From: Sandaracinaceae bacterium
Lineage (GTDB): Bacteria; Myxococcota_A; Polyangia; Polyangiales; JAFGIB01
Length of the DNA stretch: 64,000 bases
Direction of reading: 5' to 3'
NCBI GenBank assembly: GCA_017881055.1
Contig: JADGRF010000196.1
Location: 29,031 to 93,030, forward strand
Part shown: positions 51,363 through 63,368 of the stretch, in pieces
How positions within the stretch are numbered: position 1 is the stretch's first letter
Layout of the letters: every line of letters begins with the position of its first letter
The notes under the pieces: generated by a model
What the model saw: only the letters and a program-made list of their open reading frames with translations
The model's database searches: none
Told to the model about the DNA's origin: nothing
Translations under genes and position numbers: made by a program

Positions 51363-52585
51363 TCAGGGGCCGTTGGGCACGATCACGCGCTCGATCACGA
51401 CCGGCTGCTTCGACGTGTCTTCGACGATGGTGGTCCCGGGCGTGCTGACACCCTGGAAACTGCTCGTGTTGGGCTGATCAACATAGCGGCGGGGCAAGTG
51501 CATCGCTATGCTGAAACCGACGCCGACCACGTTGAGCGTTTGGTGATCAGCCTCAGCATGGCGACCGAGCGCCGAGAAGATCTTGGCCGGCTCCAGCACG
51601 CGGAAGGTTCCGTCGTTGGTCGTGCTAGGGCCTTCGAACAGCACGACGACACCGCCCGTGCTGACGAACTGCGCCAGCGCATTGCCCCACTGCTTCCCCA
51701 GTTTTTGCAACGTGCTCTTGCGTGCCGTTTGCTGGGGGTAGATGACGAACACGTCGGCATCGCGGAGCTGCAACGGGACGATGGTTTCGATGGCGTCGAT
51801 CCGTTGCCAGGCGCGGCCCGATTCGGTCTTCTCGAAATTGATGGCCCGTTCCACACCGAGGATCGACTTGGGGTCGCTGTCACCACGGTAAGCCAGGACG
51901 CGGACTGGATTTCCGCGCGCGAGGAACACCGCGCTGCCGGCAAGCCGTCGGATCGCGTCGTTCGCCGACACCATGTCGTGGCCGATCACGACGGCATAGC
52001 CCGGTAGCGCATCGGCACAGCTGCCAGCCTCGCAGATGCCTGAAATGCAGTTGACCCCGCAGTCGCCACAACTGGTTGGATTGGTGCGGAAATCGAGGCA
52101 ACCACCGCGGCACGGGAAAAGGCCTGAATCGCAAGCCGGCTGGCAAAAGCCCAGCGAGCAACTCTGATTCGCCGGACACGCGTGACCGCAACTGCCGCAG
52201 TTGTCGTGATCGCTGTCGGGATCGCTGCACGTCCCGCCGCACGCTTGTTCGCCGATCCGACAGCCGCCGAGCCCGGGATTCGGATCGAAGCTCGCGTCGG
52301 ACATGCCGGTTCCGATCACGCTCCCGTCGAGCCCCGAGTCGACGCCTGAATCGCCGGCGTCCGGGCCACCACCATCCAACCTCGGCGCGTTGCTGCACAC
52401 ACCCTGCACGCACAGAAACGCGCCGCAGTCGTGGCCGCACGCGCCGCAGTTCTGGTAGTCCGCGCTGGTATCGACGCACATGCCGCTGCAGGCGGTGAGG
52501 CCGCTCTTGCACTCTTCGCCGACGATTGGGCTGCCGCAGGCAACGAGCCCGAGCGCGACGCACAGCATGAGTGGGGCCAGTGTTC

Positions 52586-52589
<4 letters not shown>
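51363..52589 (-). CDS. lipoprotein with three Cys-rich repeats and an uncharacterised C-terminal domain
   Basis: Lipobox LGLVAC. Three repeats of C-x6-C-x3-C-x9-C-x2-C-x3-C-x4..6-C-x4-C (e.g. CKSGLTACSGMCVDTSADYQNCGACGHDCGAFLCVQGVC). The start overlaps the OmpA-gene stop by 4 nt. Confidence 0.7.
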
Positions 52590-54046
<1,457 letters not shown>

Positions 54047-54127
54047 GGATGAAAGGACGCCGCTGGCGCGAGACACCCTTAGTGTTTCACCCCAACGCGC
54101 ACGCGGCAAGAATACGGCTGCGGTCAG

Positions 54128-56041
54128 TCAGACGTCCAGCTCGTCGAACTCCGCCTCTTTCGCGCGCTCCATGATGAAGTGGTAGCGGGCCTGGGGATCT
54201 TTGCCCATCAGCTCGTTCATCACGCGGTCAGCCTCGACTTCGCTGTCGATCATGACGCGCATCGCCCGCCGCCGCTTGGGGTCGAGCGTAGTCTCTTTGA
54301 GCTCTTCGGCGGACATCTCGCCCAAGCCTTTGAAGCGCGAAATGTCAGGCTTCACGTTGCGCGGCAGCGCGGCCACGACTCGATCCTTCTCCGCATCGTC
54401 GAGCGCCCAGTGCGTCTCTTTGCCGGCGTCGATGCGGTAAAGCGGCGGCATCGCGATGTACACGTGCCCCGTACGTAGCAGCCCCGGCAAGTGCCGGTAG
54501 AAGAACGTGAGTAGAAGTGTCGTGATGTGGTGCCCGTCGGTATCGGCGTCCATCAAGAGGAAGATCTTCGAGTAGCGCAGCTTGCCCTCCTCGAAGTCCT
54601 TGCCGACGCCGCAGCCCAGGCCCGACACGATGTTCTGCAGCTCTTTGTTGGCGAGCACGGCTTCGGCGCTGGCGCGCTCGGTGTTCAGCACCTTGCCGCG
54701 CAGCGGCAGAATCGCCTGCGTGCGGCGGTCACGGCCCTGCTTGGCGTTGCCACCTGCGCTGTCGCCCTCGACGAGGAACAGCTCGCACTCTTCGGGATCG
54801 GTGCTCGCGCAATCGGCGAGCTTGCCCGGCAGATTCAGCCGGTGGCTGATCGCCGTCTTGCGCAGCACCTGCTGCCCTGCGGCGCGACTCGCGGCACGCG
54901 CACGCGACGCCGTGATGATGCGCGCGACGATCGAATCCGCAGCGCTGGTGTTGTCGAGCAACCACTGCTCGAGCGCCACGCGTGCAGCTGACTCGACCGC
55001 GCTCGTGACCTCGGGGTTGTTCAGCCGGTCCTTGGTCTGGCCTTGAAACTGGGGCTCGCTCACGTACACGCTGACGATCGCGACGATGCCTTCGCGAATG
55101 TCTTCCGCCGTGATCGTCACGCCCTTCGGCGCGATCTTCTTGGCCGCCATGTACGAGCGAATGGCCTTGCCTAGGCCCTGCTTCCAGCCGTTTTCGTGCG
55201 TACCACCGGACGGCGTAGGAATGCCGTTGGCGTACGAGCGTACTTGCTCGTCGGTACCTTCTGTCCACTGCAACGCGGCTTCCATACGCACGTTGTCGCT
55301 GTCGCGCTCGAGCGTGAACGCGGTGGGATGGATCGCCGGCCGGCCCGCACGCACGAGCTTCGCCAAGTAGTCGTTGATGCCGCCCGGATGATTGAACTCT
55401 TCTTTCGCGCCGGTCGCTTCGTCGATCAGCGTGATCCGCAGACCTTTGTGCAGATACGACTTCGCTTCGAGTCGCTCGCGCACGGTCTCGAGATCGAACT
55501 GAGCTTTCTCGCCGAAGATCTGCGGATCGGCCCGAAAGTGAATGGATGTCCCGTGTAAGCGCGTCTCGCCGAGCACTTTGATCTTGCCGGTAGCGACTCC
55601 GCGCGCGAACGACTGACGATGCTCCTCGCCGTCGCGACGCACCGTGGCGGTGAGCTCGACCGACAGCGCGTTCACTACAGATGAGCCCACGCCGTGCAGA
55701 CCGCCCGAGACCTTGTAGCTGTCCCCGTCGAACTTACCGCCTGCGTGCAGCGTGCACAGGATCAACTCGAGCGCCGGCTTCTTGAACTTCGGGTGGATGT
55801 CGACCGGGATGCCGCGGCCGTCGTCGACCACGGTCGCGCCCTTACGATCTTTGTCGATCGAGACTTCGATCTTCTTGGCGTGGCCGTTGATCGCCTCGTC
55901 GACCGAGTTGTCGACGATCTCCCAGAGCAAGTGATGGTAGCCGCGCACGTCGACGCCGCCGATGTACATCGACGGACGCTTGCGCACGGGCTCCAGGCCC
56001 TCGAGGACTTCGATGTTCTCTGCGGTGTATTGCGTCGTCAC
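54128..56041 (-). CDS. parE: type IIA topoisomerase B subunit (topoisomerase IV ParE-like, 637 aa)
   Basis: GHKL ATPase LWEIVDNSVDEA..GGLHGVG. Toprim ELFLVEGDSAGG and DADTDGHHI. Adjacent to an A subunit that lacks a first-blade GyrA box. Confidence 0.88.
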   Translation of the reverse strand: MTTQYTAENIEVLEGLEPVRKRPSMYIGGVDVRGYHHLLWEIVDNSVDEAINGHAKKIEVSIDKDRKGATVVDDGRGIPVDIHPKFKKPALELILCTLHAGGKFDGDSYKVSGGLHGVGSSVVNALSVELTATVRRDGEEHRQSFARGVATGKIKVLGETRLHGTSIHFRADPQIFGEKAQFDLETVRERLEAKSYLHKGLRITLIDEATGAKEEFNHPGGINDYLAKLVRAGRPAIHPTAFTLERDSDNVRMEAALQWTEGTDEQVRSYANGIPTPSGGTHENGWKQGLGKAIRSYMAAKKIAPKGVTITAEDIREGIVAIVSVYVSEPQFQGQTKDRLNNPEVTSAVESAARVALEQWLLDNTSAADSIVARIITASRARAASRAAGQQVLRKTAISHRLNLPGKLADCASTDPEECELFLVEGDSAGGNAKQGRDRRTQAILPLRGKVLNTERASAEAVLANKELQNIVSGLGCGVGKDFEEGKLRYSKIFLLMDADTDGHHITTLLLTFFYRHLPGLLRTGHVYIAMPPLYRIDAGKETHWALDDAEKDRVVAALPRNVKPDISRFKGLGEMSAEELKETTLDPKRRRAMRVMIDSEVEADRVMNELMGKDPQARYHFIMERAKEAEFDELDV

Positions 56042-56044
56042 GGG

Positions 56045-58471
56045 TTACTCCGAATCTTCCAACGGCTCGGGGACCGGCGGCGGGATCGTCACGACCTTGG
56101 CGACCGAGCCACGCTGGAACATCGCGTGGCCTTTTCCGCCGCGCGACACGGCTTTGTACTTTTCGAGGCTCACACGCAGCTCAGCGCCCGATTCCTTCTC
56201 GACCGTGAGCGCATCACGCTGTCCGTAGAGCAGCTGCGCACCCACCACGACGTCGTCCTTCTCGAGCTTGATCAGCATCACGCCCTTGCCCGGACCCGCA
56301 AGCAGCGACACTTCATTCGCATCGCAGATCAGGGCACGCCCTTCTGCCGTGGCACAAGCCACATGCGCGCCCTTCTGCTTCAGACCGACGAACAACACTT
56401 CGTCGCCCTCGTCGAGGCGCATGAAGCGACGGCCGGTGCGCGTGCTGGGCTCGCGCTGCGCGCGCAGCGACATGCTCATGGTCATGCCTTGCTTCGTGAC
56501 CGCTATCGCGAACGGCGGACCGGGTTCTGCCGCCGCTTCATCGCCAGCTGGAACATCCAACACGCGCGGATCGAAGCTGATCATGCGCACGATGCGCTCG
56601 CCGTCGCCCATCTTGAACATGTTCTGCAGCGGCGTGCCGTGGCCTGTCGTGGCCGGCACGTCCACGATGCGGCACACGTAGCAGGTGCCCTGGCTCGAGA
56701 AGAACGCCACCGCGGCCTTGGTCGAGCCTGCGACCACTTCGAGCACGGCGTCGCCTTCGCGCACGCGCGTGGCTGTGGCGTCTTTCATCTCGCGCTGACG
56801 CTTGATCCAGCCCTGGCGCGTGAGCACGACGAGCGCGTCCTCCGCCAGGATGAAGTCTTCCGCTTCGTACGCGGGCTCGTCGAGGTTGCCGACGATCTTG
56901 GTGCGCCGGCCGTCGGCGTACTGCGTCTTCAGCTCCAACATCTCCGCGCGGATCAGCTTCCAGCGCGCTTCCGGGCTCTTCAAGAGGCCGGCGAGCCGAC
57001 GCTCTTCCTTGCGCTTCTCGTCTAGCTCTTTCTGAATCAACAGAATCTCGAGCTGCGCCAAGCGATACAACTTGAGCTCGAGGATGGCCTCGACTTGCTC
57101 CTCGTCGATCTCGAAGCGCTTCATCAGCTTCTCGGCCGCGTCCTTTTTGCCTTCGGACTTGCGGATGATGCGGATGGTCTCGTCGAGCGCGTCGAAGACC
57201 TTCGCGAAGCCTTCGAGCACGTGGATACGGCGCAGCAGCTCGCCTTGCTCGAAGCGCAGGCGCTTCTCCACGACCTCCATCCGGAAGTCGAGGAAGCGCC
57301 GGAGGATGTCGCGCAGCGAAAGGCGCGCAGGCCCGGCAATCTCCGGGTTCTCCGTGGGCACCAGGCACGTGAAGTCTGCACCCACCGTCGTCTGCAGCGG
57401 TGTGTGCTTGTACAGGTACGCCATGACCATTTGCGGGTCGGCGTCCTTCTTGATCTCCAGCACCACGCGCGTCTCATCGGTGCTCTCGTCGCGCACGTCG
57501 AGCAGCGCAGGCAGCTTCTTCTCGATGATGACGTCCGCGACCTTCTCGACGATCGAGCCGCGCTTGACCGCGTACGGGATCGACTTGATCACGATCACCG
57601 TGCCACCACGCTTCTGTTCTTCCAGCTTCCACTCGGCGCGCAGCCGGAACGAGCCTTGGCCCGTGGAGTAGATGTCTTCCAGCTCTTTCTTCGTCGAAAG
57701 CAGCTGGCCGTACGTCGGGAAGTCCGGGCCCTTGATGTGCTTGAGCAGCGACTTCACGGTGATCTCGGGCTCGTCGATCATCGCGATCGACGCGTCGATC
57801 ACTTCGCCGAAATTGTGCGGCGGTATGGACGTGGCCATACCCACGGCGATGCCCGACACGCCGTTGACGAGCAGGTTCGGAAAGCGCGCGGGCAGAACGA
57901 CCGGCTCGAAGCGCGTGCCGTCGTAGTTCGGACGAAACGCGACCGTCTGCTTGCCGAGCTCTTCGAGCAGCTCGCTCGCGAGCTTCTGCAGCTTCGCTTC
58001 CGTGTAACGCATGGCGGCGGGTGAATCGCCGTCGGCCGAGCCGAAGTTGCCGCGACCATCGACCAGCGGCTTCTGCAGGGAGAACGACTGGGCCATGCGC
58101 GCCAGCGCGTCGTAGATCGCGGTGTCGCCGTGCGGATGGTACTTGCCCATCACGTCACCGACGACAGCTGCACACTTGCGATACTTCGCATCCGACCGCA
58201 GATGCAGATCGTTCCACATCGTGTACAGGATGCGGCGCTGCACGGGCTTGAGGCCGTCGCGCACGTCGGGCAACGCGCGCGCCGTGATCACGGAGAGCGC
58301 GTAGTGCAGATAGCGACGCTGCGCTTCGTCGGAGAACGACGCATCCATGATCGGCGCGATGCCGGGCAAGGTGTCGTTGCCGTCGCCGTCACGACCGCCA
58401 TCACCACCGCCGCCCTTGCCCTTGAACAAGCCGAGCTGGCCCTTGCCTTTGCGTGTGCCCTTCTCTGCCAC
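56045..58471 (-). CDS. parC: type IIA topoisomerase A subunit (topoisomerase IV ParC-like)
   Basis: [24 protein letters not shown] and AAMRYTE. The first CTD blade ([11 protein letters not shown]) has no GyrA box. The start is uncertain: GTG at 58471 (GC3-rich Gly/Lys-rich extension), ATG at 58348, or ATG at 58618. Confidence 0.88.
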   Translation of the reverse strand: MAEKGTRKGKGQLGLFKGKGGGGDGGRDGDGNDTLPGIAPIMDASFSDEAQRRYLHYALSVITARALPDVRDGLKPVQRRILYTMWNDLHLRSDAKYRKCAAVVGDVMGKYHPHGDTAIYDALARMAQSFSLQKPLVDGRGNFGSADGDSPAAMRYTEAKLQKLASELLEELGKQTVAFRPNYDGTRFEPVVLPARFPNLLVNGVSGIAVGMATSIPPHNFGEVIDASIAMIDEPEITVKSLLKHIKGPDFPTYGQLLSTKKELEDIYSTGQGSFRLRAEWKLEEQKRGGTVIVIKSIPYAVKRGSIVEKVADVIIEKKLPALLDVRDESTDETRVVLEIKKDADPQMVMAYLYKHTPLQTTVGADFTCLVPTENPEIAGPARLSLRDILRRFLDFRMEVVEKRLRFEQGELLRRIHVLEGFAKVFDALDETIRIIRKSEGKKDAAEKLMKRFEIDEEQVEAILELKLYRLAQLEILLIQKELDEKRKEERRLAGLLKSPEARWKLIRAEMLELKTQYADGRRTKIVGNLDEPAYEAEDFILAEDALVVLTRQGWIKRQREMKDATATRVREGDAVLEVVAGSTKAAVAFFSSQGTCYVCRIVDVPATTGHGTPLQNMFKMGDGERIVRMISFDPRVLDVPAGDEAAAEPGPPFAIAVTKQGMTMSMSLRAQREPSTRTGRRFMRLDEGDEVLFVGLKQKGAHVACATAEGRALICDANEVSLLAGPGKGVMLIKLEKDDVVVGAQLLYGQRDALTVEKESGAELRVSLEKYKAVSRGGKGHAMFQRGSVAKVVTIPPPVPEPLEDSE

Positions 58472-58664
58472 TCTACAAACTCTCTTGCTTACGTTCCCAC
58501 AAGCCCGGCGCGCCCGGCCGCCAGCGGCGCTGAATACCCTTTCAGTCACGCGAGGGCTACCAGAACCGGCAACTTCCAGGCAAGAAAACTCTGGGCCTGT
58601 GTGGTTTTCCGAGCACATCCACGCGCAGCGCGAGCAGCTTGCCGGCGCGCTAGACTCCTAGTCG

Positions 58665-59945
58665 ATGCGCATTCTGATCGTCGGCGACGGGTCACGCGGG
58701 GATGTTCAACCGATGACGGTCCTGGCCGCGCAGCTGCAGAGCGAGGGCCACTCCGTCACGTTCGCGGGACCGCCCTCGTTCCGCGCGTTCGTGGAGGCCC
58801 GCGGTCTGCCGTTCGCATCGCTGATGTTCGATTCCGAAGCGGAGATTCGCGCGAACTCGCTCGCGGTCGTGGGTGGGTTTCGGGAAACCATTCGCACCGC
58901 GCCGAGAATCTTCAACCGTCTGATCGAGAGCCAGCTCGAGGTCCTGCCCGAGCTTGCCAAGCAGCACGACTTCATCCTTGCTGGCGGTGTGCACGGCGGC
59001 GTACCCACGGCCGCCGAAGTGGCCGGCATCCCGTGGCGCTGGGTGCTCTACACCGCCAACATGTACCCCTCGAATTCGCACCCGCCGATCACGGCGCCGT
59101 TCGGACGCGCGCCGCGCTTCGTGAACTGGCTCTTGTGGCAGCTGACACGCTACATGACCGATCACTGGTTTCGCGGGCCGATCAACAAGCACCGCGCGCG
59201 CCTCCAGCTGCCGCTCTTGAAAGACGCCGCGGCGTACATGCTCTGCCCCAACCCCATCCTCGCGATGGAGCCCGAGCTTGCGCCCCTGCCGCCCGAGTGG
59301 CCGAACATGGACGTGATCGGCTACCTCGATCCCGGCGACGGCGAGCCCTTGAGCGACGAGATCGAGACGTTCCTCGCAACGGGCCCCGTGCCCGTGTACA
59401 TCGGCTTTGGCAGCATGCCGGATCCGAATCCTGATCGGACGACGCAGCTGTTCGTCGAAGCCACCAAGCGTGCCGGTGTGCGCGCGGTGATCTCGCGCGG
59501 CTGGGCGGAGTTCGGCAAGAACCTACCGGAGCACTGCCTGGCGATCGGCCCGGTCTCGCACCCGCGCATGTTCGCGCGCGTCGCTGCCATCGTGCACCAC
59601 GGCGGCGCGGGCACCACCGCAGCGTCGACCCGCGCCGGCACGCCGCAGCTCGTCGTGCCTCACATCGCGGATCAGTTCTTCTTCGGCAACCTGGTGAACG
59701 AACTCGGAATCGCGGTCGCAGCCGTGCCGCGCACGAAGCTCACGCTCGAGCTGCTCACCGCGCGCCTCGAAGAGCTGAAGCGCGACGATGCAATGCGGGA
59801 GCGCGCGGCCCAGCTCGGCGCAGAGATTCGCGCGCGACCCCGTCCGCACAACTTGTCTCGCTTGCTGGTCGCACCGAACGAGCAACCACTGGCGCTGCCG
59901 TCGCGCACCGTCTCGCAGCGTATTTCCATCGCGCCCGGCGGATAG
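58665..59945 (+). CDS. GT1-family UDP-glycosyltransferase (MGT / sterol-macrolide glycosyltransferase-like)
   Basis: MRILIVGDGSRGDVQPM... N-terminus. C-terminal HHGGAGTTAASTRAGTPQLVVPHIADQFFFG donor-binding motif. Confidence 0.85.
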   Translation: MRILIVGDGSRGDVQPMTVLAAQLQSEGHSVTFAGPPSFRAFVEARGLPFASLMFDSEAEIRANSLAVVGGFRETIRTAPRIFNRLIESQLEVLPELAKQHDFILAGGVHGGVPTAAEVAGIPWRWVLYTANMYPSNSHPPITAPFGRAPRFVNWLLWQLTRYMTDHWFRGPINKHRARLQLPLLKDAAAYMLCPNPILAMEPELAPLPPEWPNMDVIGYLDPGDGEPLSDEIETFLATGPVPVYIGFGSMPDPNPDRTTQLFVEATKRAGVRAVISRGWAEFGKNLPEHCLAIGPVSHPRMFARVAAIVHHGGAGTTAASTRAGTPQLVVPHIADQFFFGNLVNELGIAVAAVPRTKLTLELLTARLEELKRDDAMRERAAQLGAEIRARPRPHNLSRLLVAPNEQPLALPSRTVSQRISIAPGG

Positions 59946-59961
59946 CCGCCCGAAAGAACCA

Positions 59962-60180
59962 ATGAGCTTCGACGCCAACTCGCTGATCGCCAACCTGTTC
60001 ATCAGCAGCATCGGCTTCGTGCTGTTCTCGTATGGAAGGAAGCAGCATCGAATGCCGCACGCAGCCATCGGTGTCGTGATGATGGTGTACCCGTACATCG
60101 TCACGAACGTGCCGCTGATGCTGGGCATCGGCGGAGCGTTGTGCGCTCTCTTGTGGGCTGCTACGTATCTCGGCATGTGA
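59962..60180 (+). CDS. small (72 aa) two-TM membrane protein
   Basis: ATG at 59962. Two hydrophobic helices are separated by [12 protein letters not shown]3-rich. Confidence 0.55.
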   Translation: MSFDANSLIANLFISSIGFVLFSYGRKQHRMPHAAIGVVMMVYPYIVTNVPLMLGIGGALCALLWAATYLGM

Positions 60181-60205
60181 TGCGGACAGTCCCGGGAGCG
60201 TGCCG

Positions 60206-60643
60206 ATGCGTTATCTCCACACCATGCTGCGCGTGCGCGACCTCGGCGCCGCGCTCGATTTTTTCGTGAACAAGCTCGGCCTCTGCGAGCAACGCCGAGT
60301 CGAACACGAAGCCGGTCGCTTCACGCTCGTGTTCCTCGGAACTGGCCGTCAGAGCGACGATGAGAGCGACCCCGCGCAGGTCGAGCTCACCTACAACTGG
60401 GACCAAGCCGAGCCGTACGCCACGGGCCGCTTCTTCGGCCACCTCGCCTATGAGGTCGACGACATCTACGCCACGTGCGAGCGCCTGCGCGCAGCCGGCG
60501 TCACGATCCACCGCCCGCCGCGCGAAGGACGCATGGCGTTCATCAAGTCACCTGACGGGCACTCGGTCGAGCTGCTGCAGAAGGGCGACGCGCTTCCGCC
60601 GACCGAGCCGTGGAAGTCGCTGCCGAACATCGGGGAGTGGTAG
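60206..60643 (+). CDS. gloA: lactoylglutathione lyase (glyoxalase I)
   Basis: [13 protein letters not shown]..., VELTYNW and GHLAYEVDD align with GloA blocks. ATG at 60206 follows GGGAG. Confidence 0.85.
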   Translation: MRYLHTMLRVRDLGAALDFFVNKLGLCEQRRVEHEAGRFTLVFLGTGRQSDDESDPAQVELTYNWDQAEPYATGRFFGHLAYEVDDIYATCERLRAAGVTIHRPPREGRMAFIKSPDGHSVELLQKGDALPPTEPWKSLPNIGEW

Positions 60644-60653
60644 AGCGCGAAGC

Positions 60654-63305
60654 TCAGCCGATCACGAGCGTGACGATCTTGCCCGCGACGTAGATCGCCT
60701 TCTTCAGCGTCTTGCCCGAGAGCTCGGCGGCGATGCGCTCGTTGGCCTTGGCCGCTGCGAGCACGACCTCTTCGCTGGCATCCTTTGCCACGGTGATGCG
60801 CGCGCGCACCTTGCCGTTGATCTGCACGGGCACCTCCACGGTGGCCTCGTGCAATGCACTCTCGTCCAGCTTCGGCCACGCGTGATGCAGGAGCGTGCCT
60901 TTGCCGCCCATGTGCTCGAACAGCTCGTCGGCCACGTGCGGCGCGAACGGTGAGAGCAGCACGAGCAAGGTCTCGATGCCTTCGCGCACGACCGCGTGAT
61001 CGTCGGCGGTCTCGCCCTTGAAGGCCGAGATCGCGTTCATCAGCTCCATCAGCGCAGCGATAGCAGTGTTTGGCTGGTAGCGCTCGCCGAGATCGAACGT
61101 GACACGCTGAATCGTGCGGTGCGTGGCGCGACGAACCTCGGCTGCAGCCAGCGAGAGTTCACCAACGCTCTTGTAAGCTGCAACGGATGCGATCTGCGGC
61201 AAGCGATCGCGCACCAAGCGCCAGACGCGCTGCAAGAAGCGGTGCGCACCCTCGACGCCGGCCGTGGTCCAGTCCACTTGGCCTTCGGGCGGCGCTGCGA
61301 AGAGCATGAACACGCGCGCCGTATCGCCGCCGTACTCGCCGATGATCTCGTCGGGGTCGACGATGTTGCGCTTGGTCTTCGACATCTTCACGACGTTGCC
61401 GACGAAGACCTCGTTGCCGTCGGCCTTGAGCACGCGCACGCCGTCGTCGCGCAGCTCGGTCTCCTCGGGATAGAAGTAGAGCTTGTGCGCCGGGTTGTCC
61501 TCGGCGGTGCGCGAGTAGAATTCCTTGCAGACCATGCCCTGCGTGAGCAGGCGCGAGAACGGCTCGCGCGGCGTATCTTTCGGCAGAAAGCCGAGGTCGA
61601 TCATCGCGCGCTGCCAGAAGCGCGCGTAGAGCAAGTGCATCACGGCGTGCTCCTTGCCGCCGATGTAGAAATCGACGGGCAACCACTCGCGCGCCTCGTT
61701 CGGCTCGACCGGCGCACCTTCGTGGCGCGGCGTAGTGAAGCGGTCGTAGTACCAGCTGGACTCGACGAACGTGTCGAACGTGTCGGTCTCACGCCGGGCT
61801 GGGCGACCGCACTTCGGGCACGTCACGTTCACGAACGAGTCGACCTTGGCGAGCGGAGAGCCGCCGACGCCGGTGATCGTCACGTCGAGCGGCAGGGCGA
61901 CCGGCAAGTCCTGCGTGGGCACCGGCACGATGCCGTCGGTCTCGCAGTGCACGACCGGGATCGGGCAGCCCCAGTAGCGCTGACGCGACACCAGCCAGTC
62001 GCGCAGGCGAAAGCTCGTGGTGGCGCGGCCCTTGTTCTCGGCGACCAGCTTCTCGGTGACCTTGCGCTTGCCCTCTTCGCTGGGCACTCCGTCGAACACG
62101 CCGCTGTTCGTCATCACGCCCGGGTCCGTGTACGCTGCCGTCAGCTGCGCACCCGCGAGGGCTCTGCCAGCTGGCTGAATCACCACTTGAACGGGCAAGC
62201 CGTACGCTTTCGCAAATTCGAAGTCGCGCTCGTCGTGCGCGGGCACGGCCATGACCGCACCCGTGCCGTAGTCCATGAGCACGAAGTTGGCGATCCAGAT
62301 CGGCACCTTGCTGCCGGTGAGCGGATGGATGCAGTAGCGACCGGTGAACACGCCCCGCTTGTCGCCCGCGTCGGCGCCCTTCTTCACTTTGTGCTCGAGC
62401 TGGATCTTCTCCGCAAACGCGCGCACCTCGGCCTCGCGCTCCGTGCCCTGCGCGAGCTCGAGCGCCAGCGGATGCTCAGCCGCGATCGACATGAACGTCA
62501 CGCCGTACAGCGTGTCCGGACGCGTCGTGAACACGGCAATCTCGCGCTCACCGGAAAGAGCCGAAGGCTGCTTTCCGGGTATGTCGATGGCCTCGAGCGG
62601 GAAGCGCACCTCGGCGCCGAAGCTCTTGCCGATCCAGTTGCGCTGCATCTCGCGCACTTCGTCCGGCCAGCGACCGGCCAGCGTGTCGAGGCCCGCGAGC
62701 AGCTCTTCGGCGTACTGCGTGACGCGCAGGAACCACTGCGCCATCGCCTTCTGCACGACGACGTTGCCGCAGCGCCAGCACTTGCCGTCTTCCACTTGCT
62801 CGTTGGCGAGCACGGTCGCGCAGTGATCACACCAGTTCGCGAGCGCATGCTTGCGATACGCGAGACCGCGCTCGAGCATGGCGATGAACACGGCCTGCTC
62901 ATGCCGGTAGTAGCTCGGGTCGCAGGTTGCGATCTCGCGGCTCCAGTCGTAGCTGAGCCCGAGCTTCTTCAGCTGCTCGCGCATCTGCGCGATGTTGTCG
63001 TACGTCCACTCGGCCGGATGCCGACCGCGCTCGATCGCGGCGTTCTCGGCCGGCATACCGAACGCGTCCCAGCCGATCGGATGCAGCACACGCTTGCCGC
63101 GCATACGCATGTGACGCGCAAGCACGTCGCCGATCGAGTAGTTGCGCACGTGCCCCATGTGGATGCGTCCCGACGGGTACGGGAACATCTCGAGCAGGTA
63201 GAATTTCTCCGCGCTCTTGTCTTCCGACACGGAAAACGCGCCGCTATCGGCCCAACGCTTCTGCCACTTCGGCTCGATCTCCGCGGGATTGTATCGCTCG
63301 TCCAT
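60654..63305 (-). CDS. leuS: leucyl-tRNA synthetase
   Basis: PYPSGRIHMGHV (HIGH) and VKMSKTKRN (KMSKS). 883 aa with a CP1 editing domain. Confidence 0.97.
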   Translation of the reverse strand: MDERYNPAEIEPKWQKRWADSGAFSVSEDKSAEKFYLLEMFPYPSGRIHMGHVRNYSIGDVLARHMRMRGKRVLHPIGWDAFGMPAENAAIERGRHPAEWTYDNIAQMREQLKKLGLSYDWSREIATCDPSYYRHEQAVFIAMLERGLAYRKHALANWCDHCATVLANEQVEDGKCWRCGNVVVQKAMAQWFLRVTQYAEELLAGLDTLAGRWPDEVREMQRNWIGKSFGAEVRFPLEAIDIPGKQPSALSGEREIAVFTTRPDTLYGVTFMSIAAEHPLALELAQGTEREAEVRAFAEKIQLEHKVKKGADAGDKRGVFTGRYCIHPLTGSKVPIWIANFVLMDYGTGAVMAVPAHDERDFEFAKAYGLPVQVVIQPAGRALAGAQLTAAYTDPGVMTNSGVFDGVPSEEGKRKVTEKLVAENKGRATTSFRLRDWLVSRQRYWGCPIPVVHCETDGIVPVPTQDLPVALPLDVTITGVGGSPLAKVDSFVNVTCPKCGRPARRETDTFDTFVESSWYYDRFTTPRHEGAPVEPNEAREWLPVDFYIGGKEHAVMHLLYARFWQRAMIDLGFLPKDTPREPFSRLLTQGMVCKEFYSRTAEDNPAHKLYFYPEETELRDDGVRVLKADGNEVFVGNVVKMSKTKRNIVDPDEIIGEYGGDTARVFMLFAAPPEGQVDWTTAGVEGAHRFLQRVWRLVRDRLPQIASVAAYKSVGELSLAAAEVRRATHRTIQRVTFDLGERYQPNTAIAALMELMNAISAFKGETADDHAVVREGIETLLVLLSPFAPHVADELFEHMGGKGTLLHHAWPKLDESALHEATVEVPVQINGKVRARITVAKDASEEVVLAAAKANERIAAELSGKTLKKAIYVAGKIVTLVIG

Positions 63306-63368
63306 GGCTCTCTCTGGCGCTGCGGGGTATCACGTAATCGAGGGTGCGGCAAAGCAGGCCGCGCGCGA

